Positions 1 to 9,339 of a stretch of DNA of 64,000 bases are shown piece by piece. Origin of the DNA: an uncultured Methanosarcinales archaeon (lineage in GTDB: Archaea > Nanobdellota > Nanobdellia > Woesearchaeales > DSVV01); assembly GCA_964556185.1 (NCBI GenBank), contig CAZKVI010000003.1, positions 2,089 through 66,088 on the forward strand. Direction: 5' to 3'. The notes beneath the pieces are model-generated. The model worked only from the letters and a program-made list of their open reading frames with translations, was not told the DNA's origin and did not search any database. Position numbers and translations under genes: made by a program. How positions within the stretch are numbered: the first letter of the stretch is position 1; every line of letters begins with the position of its first letter.

Positions 1-683
1 AACGAGGTTTTGCAGTTAAACAAAAATATCTTGTAAAAACTTTTGTAATCGGCGGATTAATATTTGGATTAGTTCCAATTGCATTGTGTTTATTAGGGTT
101 TGTTGCAGCAAATCCAGCTGTAAGTATAGAAGTAGCAGATCCACAAATGGTTGGTCCATTAGTTATTGGACACTTTTTACCAAAAGCAGCATTATTGTTA
201 TTTGTATTTATGGCTTTTGCAGGTTTGTCCTCGACACTAGACTCTGCTTATTGTGCAATTAGTTCTTTGGGAACAATTGATTTGTATAAAAAATACATAA
301 ATCCAAATGCAAGTAGTAGAATATTATTAAAAGTTTCAAGAACTTTAATGATAGCCATGGCTGTAATTGGTACAGTAATTGCATTATTACAACCAAAACT
401 ACTTTGGGTGTTCTTAATTTACGGTGCACTAGCATCTGCTGCCTTATTTCCAACAATATTTAGTTTGTATTGGGATAGATTAGAGAAAAATGCTGCATTC
501 TTAGCAGTAGCATTGTCCTTAGTAATTGGATTACCACTTTCAATCTATGCCAATGTTGTTGAGAATGTAAACTTGATTGTATTAGCAGCAGTATTAAGCG
601 CAACTATTGGATTAGTTGTTTGTTTAGTTGGTGGATTCATGAATACAAAACGATATAAGTTTGAAGTTTACGAGAAAGAGTAA
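1..683 (+). CDS. Integral membrane transporter, C-terminal part (frame is open to the window start; sodium/solute-symporter-like multi-TM protein)
   Basis: Frame of ORF 84..683 has no stop back to position 3. Translation is strongly hydrophobic with multiple predicted TM helices. No specific family motif is certain. Confidence 0.4.
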   Translation, partial: RGFAVKQKYLVKTFVIGGLIFGLVPIALCLLGFVAANPAVSIEVADPQMVGPLVIGHFLPKAALLLFVFMAFAGLSSTLDSAYCAISSLGTIDLYKKYINPNASSRILLKVSRTLMIAMAVIGTVIALLQPKLLWVFLIYGALASAALFPTIFSLYWDRLEKNAAFLAVALSLVIGLPLSIYANVVENVNLIVLAAVLSATIGLVVCLVGGFMNTKRYKFEVYEKE

Positions 684-1055
684 TCAAACCTCACAAACCA
701 ATCTAGAATTTGGCAATGGCTCAGAGATCTGTTGCATTATGATTGGATTCTTTTCTATAATTTTATTTCTAATCTCTACTTGGAACATCAATCTAATCTC
801 TAATTTTCCATCATTAACACTTACATTAAATTCCCATTTTGGAATTTTTAAAAGTTTATTCTTACTTAATTCTAAAAATTTAGATGCTTCGAATATTTGA
901 ATACCAACAATATAACCTTCTTTATCTATATCAAGAACTATGTTCTCCAATTCTATTGATTTAATATAATCTCTTTCTAATGTTTTAAAGAATAATATAT
1001 CTTGTTTAAAGTCATAATCAAATTCTCCTTTTGCTCTTAAAAATTTATCTTTCAT
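684..1055 (-). CDS. Hypothetical protein
   Basis: 123-aa ORF with AT-rich native codon usage, tightly packed against the neighbouring minus-strand gene. Confidence 0.3.
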   Translation of the reverse strand: MKDKFLRAKGEFDYDFKQDILFFKTLERDYIKSIELENIVLDIDKEGYIVGIQIFEASKFLELSKNKLLKIPKWEFNVSVNDGKLEIRLMFQVEIRNKIIEKNPIIMQQISEPLPNSRLVCEV

Positions 1056-1057
1056 TG

Positions 1058-1408
1058 TTATCTATGTTTAACAACAATCTTTTTCTTTATTTTGTTGTGT
1101 ACATGGTGTTTGGTTGTTTCCCAATAGAAATCTCTGAATTTTTTAATTACTGGGTTTGTTAATGCAAGTTTATACATCTTGGCTTTTCCAACAATTCTTG
1201 TATTAATTACAATTCCTTCATCTTCTAATCTTTGCCAAAATAATTTTAATGTAGAATAACCAACTCCAGATAAACTAGCTATGTCTGTCATACTGTAATC
1301 AAAGTCTTCATTAACTACAAGAAAATCTAAAACTCTCAAAATAGGAGTATCTCCAAATATTTCCAAAAATACTGTTTTTCCTTCCATTGTATACATAATA
1401 AGACACAT
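1058..1408 (-). CDS. Winged-helix transcriptional regulator
   Basis: Segment MTDIASLSGVGYSTLKLFWQRLEDEGIV is a typical wHTH recognition helix plus wing. A BRE/TATA-like gaaagatttatata lies immediately upstream on the minus strand at 1411-1431. Confidence 0.45.
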   Translation of the reverse strand: MCLIMYTMEGKTVFLEIFGDTPILRVLDFLVVNEDFDYSMTDIASLSGVGYSTLKLFWQRLEDEGIVINTRIVGKAKMYKLALTNPVIKKFRDFYWETTKHHVHNKIKKKIVVKHR

Positions 1409-1435
1409 TTCATATATAAATCTTTCTATTTATAG
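1409..1435 (-). promoter_or_regulatory. BRE/TATA promoter for the wHTH regulator gene (leaderless)
   Basis: Minus-strand reading gives gaaagatttatatatga about 25 nt upstream of the ATG. The same BRE-TATA consensus recurs upstream of many genes in the window. Confidence 0.4.
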
Positions 1436-1502
1436 CCAATATAAGCTATATATAAGAACTAAAATAAATAAGCTTTTAAATAATTACTTTATTGAATTTT
1501 TT

Positions 1503-1772
1503 ATGGGGAAAAAGTTAACTAATTCTGATTATGTAAAAATTAAGAAAAACATTCTTAAAAGATTATATTCTAAACAAGCATTTAGTCAAGGCCATTTGTT
1601 ATATGAAAGATTACGATCAAGTATCCCCCCTCATTTACATGGATTTGTAGAAGATGTTCTTAAAGATCTTATAAAAGATGGGTTAGTTATATCTTATGGA
1701 AAAACAAAACATGGAAATGCTTATCAATTAAATATTAAGAAATTAGATGAGATTGAGAATATAATAATTTAA
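1503..1772 (+). CDS. Small hypothetical protein (possible wHTH)
   Basis: 89-aa ORF with native composition. Confidence 0.3.
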   Translation: MGKKLTNSDYVKIKKNILKRLYSKQAFSQGHLLYERLRSSIPPHLHGFVEDVLKDLIKDGLVISYGKTKHGNAYQLNIKKLDEIENIII

Positions 1773-2914
1773 TTGAAATAACTCAAAACCCTATCTATTT
1801 TTTTATTTTTCTTATATTCTTTAGCTAAAGACATAACTTTCTTCTTGTCAATATCCAATCCACTTCTCTCGATAAACTTACCTGAAGAGAAGAATTGCAG
1901 AACTTGAGTTACATTCTTTGGTCTTTCAGAATAATTAGATCTTTCAAAGTCAATCAAATGAATTTTGTTCTTGTCGTCGATTATAATATGTTTCATTGGT
2001 TTATGCATCTCTTCTTTGTTTATGTTTAATTCATCCATTTTCTTCATCAATCGCAATAATTGTCTCATTACATCTTTTATTTCTTTTTTATTTCCTTTCT
2101 CAAATAAATCATGTATCAATTTCCCGTCAACAAATTCCATTACAAAGTAATCATCGCAACCAAAACACAATTTTGGACCTATTTTTTCTTTATTTAGTTT
2201 CTTTAGCCAGTTTTTCTCAATCTTTACTCTTGATATTGCTTCACTCATAGGATTTTTAGATTTGACAACAACTTTTTTACCTTTATAATTAGCTAAAAAC
2301 AATAATCCTCTATTACCTTTTGTAAAATATTGAACATTTGTTAATCCTTTTCCTTCTAAAGTTTTCAAAAACTTTTGTTTTTCAATAATATAAACATACA
2401 ATTCTTCAAAACCAACTTTCAACTTATCAATTTCCTTAAACTCAAATAAATTTCTATCTAAAATCTCACAAACTTTCTTTTTCTTAGATAATGAACTAAA
2501 TAATAACAATATTTTACCATTTTCAACTAAATAAGAATTAACATTATCCAAAAACCTCTCAATAAGTTCATAACCTTTTTTACCTCCATCTAATGCAATA
2601 TCTCGAGCATAATCTTTCTCAGGATCTGGTAAATAAGGCGGATTAAAAATAACTAAATCAAACTTCCCAGTAACTTTTGAGAACAAATCACTTTCAATAA
2701 CTTTTACATTCTTCAAATTTTGTTGTTTAACATTCTTTTGAACAAACTTAACAGCTTCTGGATTAATATCAACAGCTAATACATTAGCATATTTAGCAGC
2801 TTCTAAAGCAAGTATTCCAGAACCAGTACCTATTTCCAATACATTACCTTTGCAATAGTCTTTCAAATGCTTTTGCAATAGATAAGAGTCTTCTCTTGGT
2901 TGATATATTTCCAT
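1769..2914 (-). CDS. Fusion protein: N-terminal HemK/PrmC-type N5-glutamine methyltransferase (Mtq2-like) and C-terminal RIO/Bud32-like protein-kinase-fold domain
   Basis: N-terminus has LEIGTGSGILALEAAK (SAM-binding glycine-rich motif I) and FNPPYLP (the NPPY substrate motif of HemK/N6-adenine methyltransferases). C-terminal half has HLIDFERS (the IDFxxS motif of RIO/Kdo kinases) and IHDLFEKGN (catalytic-loop-like). Confidence 0.6.
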   Translation of the reverse strand: MEIYQPREDSYLLQKHLKDYCKGNVLEIGTGSGILALEAAKYANVLAVDINPEAVKFVQKNVKQQNLKNVKVIESDLFSKVTGKFDLVIFNPPYLPDPEKDYARDIALDGGKKGYELIERFLDNVNSYLVENGKILLLFSSLSKKKKVCEILDRNLFEFKEIDKLKVGFEELYVYIIEKQKFLKTLEGKGLTNVQYFTKGNRGLLFLANYKGKKVVVKSKNPMSEAISRVKIEKNWLKKLNKEKIGPKLCFGCDDYFVMEFVDGKLIHDLFEKGNKKEIKDVMRQLLRLMKKMDELNINKEEMHKPMKHIIIDDKNKIHLIDFERSNYSERPKNVTQVLQFFSSGKFIERSGLDIDKKKVMSLAKEYKKNKKIDRVLSYFN

Positions 2915-2950
2915 AAAGGTAATAATTCATAACTATTTATTAATTCTTTC

Positions 2951-3451
2951 CTAAAAATCCAAATCAATTTTCCTAAAATAGTCAGTTACTCTGCTCATTA
3001 TTGGTGGTAAAACATATTGTTCAATCTTCTCCCTATAAACATCTTGTAAATCACTGAATTCAACAATTCTATAATTATTCTTAATTTTCTCAACAAGAAA
3101 AATATCTCGAAGTCTTTTAATTTGTCTTCTTACATTTGAAGAAGCCACTCCAGTCAAAGGTAATTCATAATTATTCCTTGTTTCAATTACCATTGATCTT
3201 ATTTCATCAGAACTTAAGTTCTTTCTGTCTTTTTTTGCTTCTAAAATAACATAGAGTACATCAACAATTACATCTCTACTATCACCTGGCTGTAAAAGAC
3301 CCATGCTTAAGCAGAACTTTCTTACTAATTCTCTTTTATCCAAGGAATCTGGTTTTTCATATCTTCTTAATGTGAGTTCCATCAAAGGAGTATCGCGGGA
3401 GATTGTTGCCATAATTATCACCTCAATTATATGTAGCAGCATTGAGCTCAA
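2951..3451 (-). CDS. Hypothetical protein (possible DNA-binding regulator)
   Basis: 166-aa ORF. The true start is likely the internal Met (MATISRD). Confidence 0.3.
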   Translation of the reverse strand: MSSMLLHIIEVIIMATISRDTPLMELTLRRYEKPDSLDKRELVRKFCLSMGLLQPGDSRDVIVDVLYVILEAKKDRKNLSSDEIRSMVIETRNNYELPLTGVASSNVRRQIKRLRDIFLVEKIKNNYRIVEFSDLQDVYREKIEQYVLPPIMSRVTDYFRKIDLDF

Positions 3452-3540
3452 AATTCACTCAAAGAACACATCGCGACCGTTGCGAGGGGTTGCTCCCTCC
3501 GGGAACGCAGGTCCTTTGAAACATCATCCAGAATTTTGAA
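3432..3540. ncRNA. Candidate structured RNA: GC-rich stem-loop island in an AT-rich intergenic region
   Basis: tagcagc..ttgagctcaaaattc pairs with gaattttgaagctgcta to give a ~100-nt hairpin. It encloses a GC-rich inner stem (gaccgttgcgagggg ... ccctccgggaacgcaggtc). Local GC is far above the genome background. Confidence 0.25.
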
Positions 3541-3741
3541 GCTGCTATATTTATTATGATCAAACTTGTTTATATACTTCACACCAACCTGTCCAGTGTA
3601 AACAATAATACAAGCTATAACAACAAAATATAGCTAATACAAGCCATATCAACCACTCGCCAACACCTTGTCCAATACATTATTTACATATAAAAAAACT
3701 AAAATTCTGTCCACTGGATGCTAAGAAATAATAAGTAATTC

Positions 3742-6700
3742 CTAAACCTTCTCACAACTTATCAAAACTTCCATCTTTTTAATCTTCTCTTTAGAACAAT
3801 CTTGTAATGTGTCTGCTTCAACACCAACAAAGATCTCAACAGCCCCACATTTGTCTTTAATATCATCTTGCCATTTGATTAACATATCAACATATGATTG
3901 AGTACTCTGCAAATGCAATTTAATATTATCTTTTTTCTCCAATCCTAACTTTTTCCTAAATGCTTGAACTCTTCGCATGACTTCTCTGGAATAACCTTCT
4001 GCATCTAAGTCAGGAGTTCTTGTTTTATCTAAAAACAATTGTCCATGTCTATATTCTGCTTCAACTAAGTTCTCAGGCAGTTCTTTCTCAATAATAAAGT
4101 GCTCTTTTTTCAAACTTACTTTATGTCCATCTAAAACAACAGTATGTGCACCTTTTTCAACATCTGCCAAGATTTTCTCGTCAGCAACTTGTATTAATCT
4201 AGTAATTATTTTAGGAACTAATTCACCATATTCTTGACCAATTGTTCTATGGTTTGGTTTCATTTTTATCTTAACTTCAGTACACTTATCAACTAATTCA
4301 ATATGTTTGACATTTGTTTGTTTTTTAATAGTTTCATCTAACTTAGTAATAGATTCAATAGTATCATTATCAGTAACTACAATCCTAATTTTACCAACAG
4401 GCCATCTTACTCCTAGTTGTGCTCTTTCACGAGCAGCTAAAATACTTTGAATTGTATCTTTTGCAATAGAAAACTCTTTTTCTAAAGAGTTATCAATAAA
4501 CTTTGCATCAAATTTAGGCCAATCAAACAAATGAATACTCTCAACCTCAAGATCAAAGTACTCTTTCAAATCTTGATACATTCTCTCAGCTATAAATGGA
4601 GAAACAATTGCAAACATTTTCAAATTCTCTAAAAATGTTTCAAATATAACATTAAATACAACTTGTTTTTGTTCTTCCAACCCAAGAGCTGCTTTCTCAC
4701 GAACCAATTGAATATATGTTCTTGATAATTCCATAAATATTTCTTCAACTTTCAAAGGAACTTCATTTATCTTATAACTATCCATTAATTCTGTTATTTC
4801 TTTAATACCAGAATGTAATTTTGAAATCATATACTCTTCTTCTTGTTCTAAACAATTCTTATCAATTCCAGTGAATTTCAAACCATTATTCTTAGCTAAA
4901 TCAATTATAAACTTGTGCAGATTCCAATACACACCTAAATTCTTATATTTTAATTTACAGTCATCAAAATTATAATTAATATCAATTCCAGGATTAGCTC
5001 CACCAATCATATAATATCTTAATGTGTCTGCTCCGTATTTATCAACAACTTCTTGAGGTAAAATATAATTACCAAGAGATTTACTCATCTTACGTCCCTG
5101 TGAATCTTGTACAAAACCATGCATGTAAACATTTCTAAAAGAAGGTTTTTCCATGCTTACCATAGAAGCAACATGTAATAAATTAAACCAACCTCTAATT
5201 TGATCTTTTCCTTCTAAAATAAAATCAGGTGGAAACAAATTCTTAAAATTCTCTTCTTTATGTGGATAATCCAAACAAATCCATGAAGTACAACCAGCAT
5301 CTACCCAAACATCTAAAATATCTGGAATTCTTTTTTTAACACCACCACAATCACATTTGATTGTTACTTCATCAATCCAAGGTTTATGTAATTTCTCTAC
5401 TTTTTGTCCTGATAACTTTTCTAATTCAGCAACATCACCGACGACAATATAATTATCACACTCTTCACATCTCCATACTGGTACTGGTGTTCCCCAGAAT
5501 CTTTGTTTTGTAATAGAATTGTCTCTTAAGTTTTCTAACCATGAATTAAAAGCATTATAAGCAGCTTGAGGTACCCATTTAATTTTATTATTCTCTTCAA
5601 TTAACTTTTCTTTCATATCATCTACTTTAAAGAACCATTGTTTTGTAGTTTTATAGACAACAGCTTCATGACATCTCCAACAATGTGCATAACTATGATT
5701 AGTTTTACTTTGTGCAATTAAAGTGCCATTCTCATCCATTAGTTCAACAAATTTCTTATCATCTTTCTTAGCAACTAAACCAGAGAACTTTGAATCATCC
5801 TTTGGATATGTGCCATTTTCATCAATAAGATTAAATGGTTTAATACCTTTTCTTACACATAATTCATAATCAGAATCCCCGCAACCAGGTGCAAAATGCA
5901 CTAAACCAGTACCATCATCTAAATGTACATATTCATCTGATAATAAAACTGTATAAATCTTATCTTGTGTTTTTCTTGCTTCTTTAATTTGAGGAAATGA
6001 ATTTTCAAAAGAAGGAATATATTCTTTGCCTTCTAATTTCTTTCCTTTGAATTCTTCAACAATTTCATAATCTTTTCCTGCTTTTAATTTAATAACTTCT
6101 TCTGCAAGGTCTTTTGCAACAATCCAATGTTCATCACCAACTTTACATTTAACATATTCAAAATCAGGATGTACAACAACTGCTAGATTAAAAGGAATTG
6201 TCCATGGAGTTGTTGTCCAAATGATTAAATAATCATTTTCAGTTCCTCTTAATTTAAATCTTAAATAAATAGAATCATCAGTAATATCTTGGTATTCTAA
6301 TTCATGCTTTGCTAATGCTGTTGCACACGAAGCACACCAAGTCATTGCTCTTTCTCCTTCATACAATCTTTTATTTTCATGTGCTTTTTTAATTAACCAC
6401 CATTCTCCTTCAATAAATTCTTTTGAAATAGGTTGGTAAGCATTTTCAAAGCCCATCCATACACCTAATCTAGTAAAATCCTTATTCATTACATGCATAT
6501 TTTCTATAGATAGTTTTTTACATTCTTCAATAAACTTAGCAACACCAAACTTCTTGATTCCTTCTTTTCCATTAATTCCTAGTTTCTTTTCAACTGCATG
6601 CGCTGTAGGTAATCCATGCATATCATAGCCAGCTCTATCCCAAACATTGAAACCAGCCATTCTTTTATATCTAAGAACCATATCTTTTAGTGATTTGTTC

Positions 6701-6921
6701 CAAGCAGTACCTATATGAACCTTCCCAGAAGTATAAGGTGGTCCATCTAAGAAATAGTAGTCTTGGCCATCTTTACATTTATCTTTAGCTTTCTGGTATA
6801 TACTGTTCTTATCCCAGAACTCTAAAGTGCCTTCTTCAACTTCCTTGAAATCATAATTCCCTACTTGCATAAGAATTAGTGAATGAATGAGTGATTTATA
6901 AATATTATGGCATAATAACAC
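3742..6921 (-). CDS. ileS: Isoleucyl-tRNA synthetase
   Basis: 1059 aa with a HIGTAWNK (HIGH) motif, a KMSKS motif and a CP1 editing domain. Archaeal-type IleRS length. Confidence 0.95.
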   Translation of the reverse strand: MLLCHNIYKSLIHSLILMQVGNYDFKEVEEGTLEFWDKNSIYQKAKDKCKDGQDYYFLDGPPYTSGKVHIGTAWNKSLKDMVLRYKRMAGFNVWDRAGYDMHGLPTAHAVEKKLGINGKEGIKKFGVAKFIEECKKLSIENMHVMNKDFTRLGVWMGFENAYQPISKEFIEGEWWLIKKAHENKRLYEGERAMTWCASCATALAKHELEYQDITDDSIYLRFKLRGTENDYLIIWTTTPWTIPFNLAVVVHPDFEYVKCKVGDEHWIVAKDLAEEVIKLKAGKDYEIVEEFKGKKLEGKEYIPSFENSFPQIKEARKTQDKIYTVLLSDEYVHLDDGTGLVHFAPGCGDSDYELCVRKGIKPFNLIDENGTYPKDDSKFSGLVAKKDDKKFVELMDENGTLIAQSKTNHSYAHCWRCHEAVVYKTTKQWFFKVDDMKEKLIEENNKIKWVPQAAYNAFNSWLENLRDNSITKQRFWGTPVPVWRCEECDNYIVVGDVAELEKLSGQKVEKLHKPWIDEVTIKCDCGGVKKRIPDILDVWVDAGCTSWICLDYPHKEENFKNLFPPDFILEGKDQIRGWFNLLHVASMVSMEKPSFRNVYMHGFVQDSQGRKMSKSLGNYILPQEVVDKYGADTLRYYMIGGANPGIDINYNFDDCKLKYKNLGVYWNLHKFIIDLAKNNGLKFTGIDKNCLEQEEEYMISKLHSGIKEITELMDSYKINEVPLKVEEIFMELSRTYIQLVREKAALGLEEQKQVVFNVIFETFLENLKMFAIVSPFIAERMYQDLKEYFDLEVESIHLFDWPKFDAKFIDNSLEKEFSIAKDTIQSILAARERAQLGVRWPVGKIRIVVTDNDTIESITKLDETIKKQTNVKHIELVDKCTEVKIKMKPNHRTIGQEYGELVPKIITRLIQVADEKILADVEKGAHTVVLDGHKVSLKKEHFIIEKELPENLVEAEYRHGQLFLDKTRTPDLDAEGYSREVMRRVQAFRKKLGLEKKDNIKLHLQSTQSYVDMLIKWQDDIKDKCGAVEIFVGVEADTLQDCSKEKIKKMEVLISCEKV

Positions 6922-6991
6922 ATATTATATATGAAAAAGGCGTATTTTATTACACAAAAATTTAAATACTTCCTTACCAAGAAATTAAATC

Positions 6992-7219
6992 ATGGCTAAA
7001 TTATGGTTCAAAGCTAAGAAATATGGATGGGGATGGACTCCATGCACAAAAGAAGGATGGTTAATAACTTTGCTTTTTATTTTAGCTGTAATAACAATAG
7101 CAATGAGATACGCAGAAACAAATAGTATAATGTTCTTTACTTCTTTGATTGCATTAATAGCAATTTTCTTATTAATTGCTTACAAAAAAGGCGAAAAACC
7201 AAGATGGTCTTGGGGATAA
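6992..7219 (+). CDS. Small membrane protein
   Basis: 75 aa with two predicted TM helices. Confidence 0.35.
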   Translation: MAKLWFKAKKYGWGWTPCTKEGWLITLLFILAVITIAMRYAETNSIMFFTSLIALIAIFLLIAYKKGEKPRWSWG

Positions 7220-7239
7220 TAAAAATCGAGGTGAATTAA

Positions 7240-7452
7240 ATGGGATTAATAAATTGGATGGAAAGTATGATAAAAAAGATGAAATGGTATGATATTTCAC
7301 TTGTTAAAATGTCAACACTATGTTCAACATTGTTTTTAATGACAGTTTGGCCAGCATTTGCAAACTTTGTATACAGCATTGCTTGGTATTATTGGTTAAT
7401 CTTAGTGTTTGTATTCGCAGCAATACCATTGAAAAGAATGTTTCTAGATTGA
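7240..7452 (+). CDS. Small membrane protein
   Basis: 70 aa, hydrophobic, directly downstream of the previous small membrane ORF. Confidence 0.3.
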   Translation: MGLINWMESMIKKMKWYDISLVKMSTLCSTLFLMTVWPAFANFVYSIAWYYWLILVFVFAAIPLKRMFLD

Positions 7453-8769
7453 ACATAACATATGCTCTCTGAAGAAATTCATCTTCCGAGGGTATTTATT
7501 TATTTTTTCTATTGTTTTCTTATAATTATTTCTTAATTTAATAGCTTCTTTATTAGTCAATCCTGAAGAAACTTCATAAGTTAATCTAGGCTCCAATACA
7601 GTTCTTTGTTCTTCAATAATCTTAGTTATTTTGAATTTCTTTGGGTTTTTGTATACTTGAGAATCTTTTTGCAAACCAAATATTGAAACAGAGACTAAAT
7701 CAATATATTCATCATTATCTTTTAAGAATTGAATAGTTTCTAAGAATTCTTCTCTAGTTTCCCCTGGAAAACCAAACATTATGTAGACTACATTCTTTAT
7801 TCCTACTTCATGTGAATGTTTTAATACTTTTTCAACTTCTTCTTTGTTTGTTCCTTTGTTCATTAATTTCAAAACTCTATTATTTCCAGACTCAACACCC
7901 CAAATAACCATTGATAAACCAGATTCTTTTAATTTAACTAATGTTTCTTTGTTAATATCTTTTGGTTTTAATTGACAAGTGTAATTAACTTTTAATGGTT
8001 TTAAAACATTAGCTATTTCTAATAATCTTTTCTCATGTATCATGTCATCAATTAAAAAGAAATGTTTTTGTTTTGATTTCTTAATTGTTTGTTTTATTAA
8101 TTCTAAATTATATTCACAATAAGGTTGATTTGTAAAATGTGTACAAAAAGTACATCCTTTATAATAACAAGTTGATGATGTTTTAATTGGAATAACTGGT
8201 TCTGGACAAAAATACTCTTTTAGATTGTAAATAGAAAAATCAGGAACAATTTCACAGTTTAATTCATCATGTTTCACTTCTTCACCAATATATTTCAATA
8301 ATTCAACTTCATTATTCAAACACTTGGCCAGAGATTTTAATTTATCATTAACAGCAGGCCCACCAATTACAACATTCTTTAATTCTTTCAATAAAGCATA
8401 TGCATAAAATGCTTGACTTGAATAAACTAAACTAAATAAAACCAAATCAGGTTTCTTTTCTTGAATTTTCTTTAACATTTCTTCAAACAATTCTGGTTTT
8501 TCACCATTTACAACTGCTCTATTATTTTTCAGATATAATTTTGAAGTTATTTTGTTAAATTCTGTTGTTGTTTTTTCATAATCATCAAATTTACCTTCTT
8601 GGTAGTATTTATGATACTCTGGAAATTTCTTTTTATGAAATTCTAAATTCAAATCTAATACATCAATATTATGCTTTGAATTAGCCTTTAGAAATGAAGC
8701 TAAATAAGTCAATGAATAAGGAGGACTCGCAGGAGTACAAAACGGTAAATATACTAGTAATATGTTCAT
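7444..8769 (-). CDS. B12-binding-domain radical SAM protein
   Basis: N-terminus resembles a cobalamin-binding Rossmann-like domain (MNILLVYLPF). A cysteine triad CYYKGCTFC follows, then a TIM-barrel-like radical SAM core. Confidence 0.65.
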   Translation of the reverse strand: MNILLVYLPFCTPASPPYSLTYLASFLKANSKHNIDVLDLNLEFHKKKFPEYHKYYQEGKFDDYEKTTTEFNKITSKLYLKNNRAVVNGEKPELFEEMLKKIQEKKPDLVLFSLVYSSQAFYAYALLKELKNVVIGGPAVNDKLKSLAKCLNNEVELLKYIGEEVKHDELNCEIVPDFSIYNLKEYFCPEPVIPIKTSSTCYYKGCTFCTHFTNQPYCEYNLELIKQTIKKSKQKHFFLIDDMIHEKRLLEIANVLKPLKVNYTCQLKPKDINKETLVKLKESGLSMVIWGVESGNNRVLKLMNKGTNKEEVEKVLKHSHEVGIKNVVYIMFGFPGETREEFLETIQFLKDNDEYIDLVSVSIFGLQKDSQVYKNPKKFKITKIIEEQRTVLEPRLTYEVSSGLTNKEAIKLRNNYKKTIEKINKYPRKMNFFREHMLCSI

Positions 8770-8852
8770 TTCTTTAGTTAATTATCAATTGTTATTAAGG
8801 TTTTGGGTAAATAAGCATAGTCTTATATACTACCACTAATTTCACATGAATT

Positions 8853-9290
8853 ATGGGAAGATTTGAAGGTTCAAGAGGCAGAAGTTCTGGCCGTGGAAGA
8901 GACTCAAGAAGAGGCGGTAGAAGCGGCAATAGAAGAGATTCTAGTTATAGTAGAGACTCTAGCAGAAGTAATTATGGCAGAAGAGACTCTGGCAGAAGTT
9001 CTTATGGTGGAAGATCTAGCAGAGGCAGAGATTCTGGACGAAGTTATGGTGGCAGAGGCAGTAGAAGAGATAGTAATGACATTGAAATGACCAAAGTTAT
9101 TTGTGCTTCTTGTAAAGAAGAATGCGAAATCCCATTCAAACCTAAAACAGACAAGCCAGTCTATTGCAGAGATTGTTATTCAAAAGAAGGCAATGGCAGA
9201 TCATCTGGCAGATCTAATAATTCTAGCAGAGACCTTGACCAAATCAACGAAAAACTCAACAAAATCATGAAAGCATTAAATGTTGAATAA
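8853..9290 (+). CDS. Arg/Ser/Gly-rich low-complexity protein with a C-terminal CxxC..CxxC zinc ribbon
   Basis: About 75 aa of RGRSS/RRDS repeats, then ICASCKEECEIPFKPKTDKPVYCRDCY. The overlapping ORF 8863..9090 in another frame is a low-complexity artefact. Confidence 0.5.
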   Translation: MGRFEGSRGRSSGRGRDSRRGGRSGNRRDSSYSRDSSRSNYGRRDSGRSSYGGRSSRGRDSGRSYGGRGSRRDSNDIEMTKVICASCKEECEIPFKPKTDKPVYCRDCYSKEGNGRSSGRSNNSSRDLDQINEKLNKIMKALNVE

Positions 9291-9339
9291 ACTCTTAGTT
9301 AGGTTTATATACTGTATTTGATTTCTCTAGTATAAAGAG

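Noticed and set aside
8863-9090. ORF 8863..9090 overlapping the RS-rich protein gene
   Set aside because: It is a frame-shifted reading of the same low-complexity repeat. The zinc-ribbon-containing frame is the coherent one.
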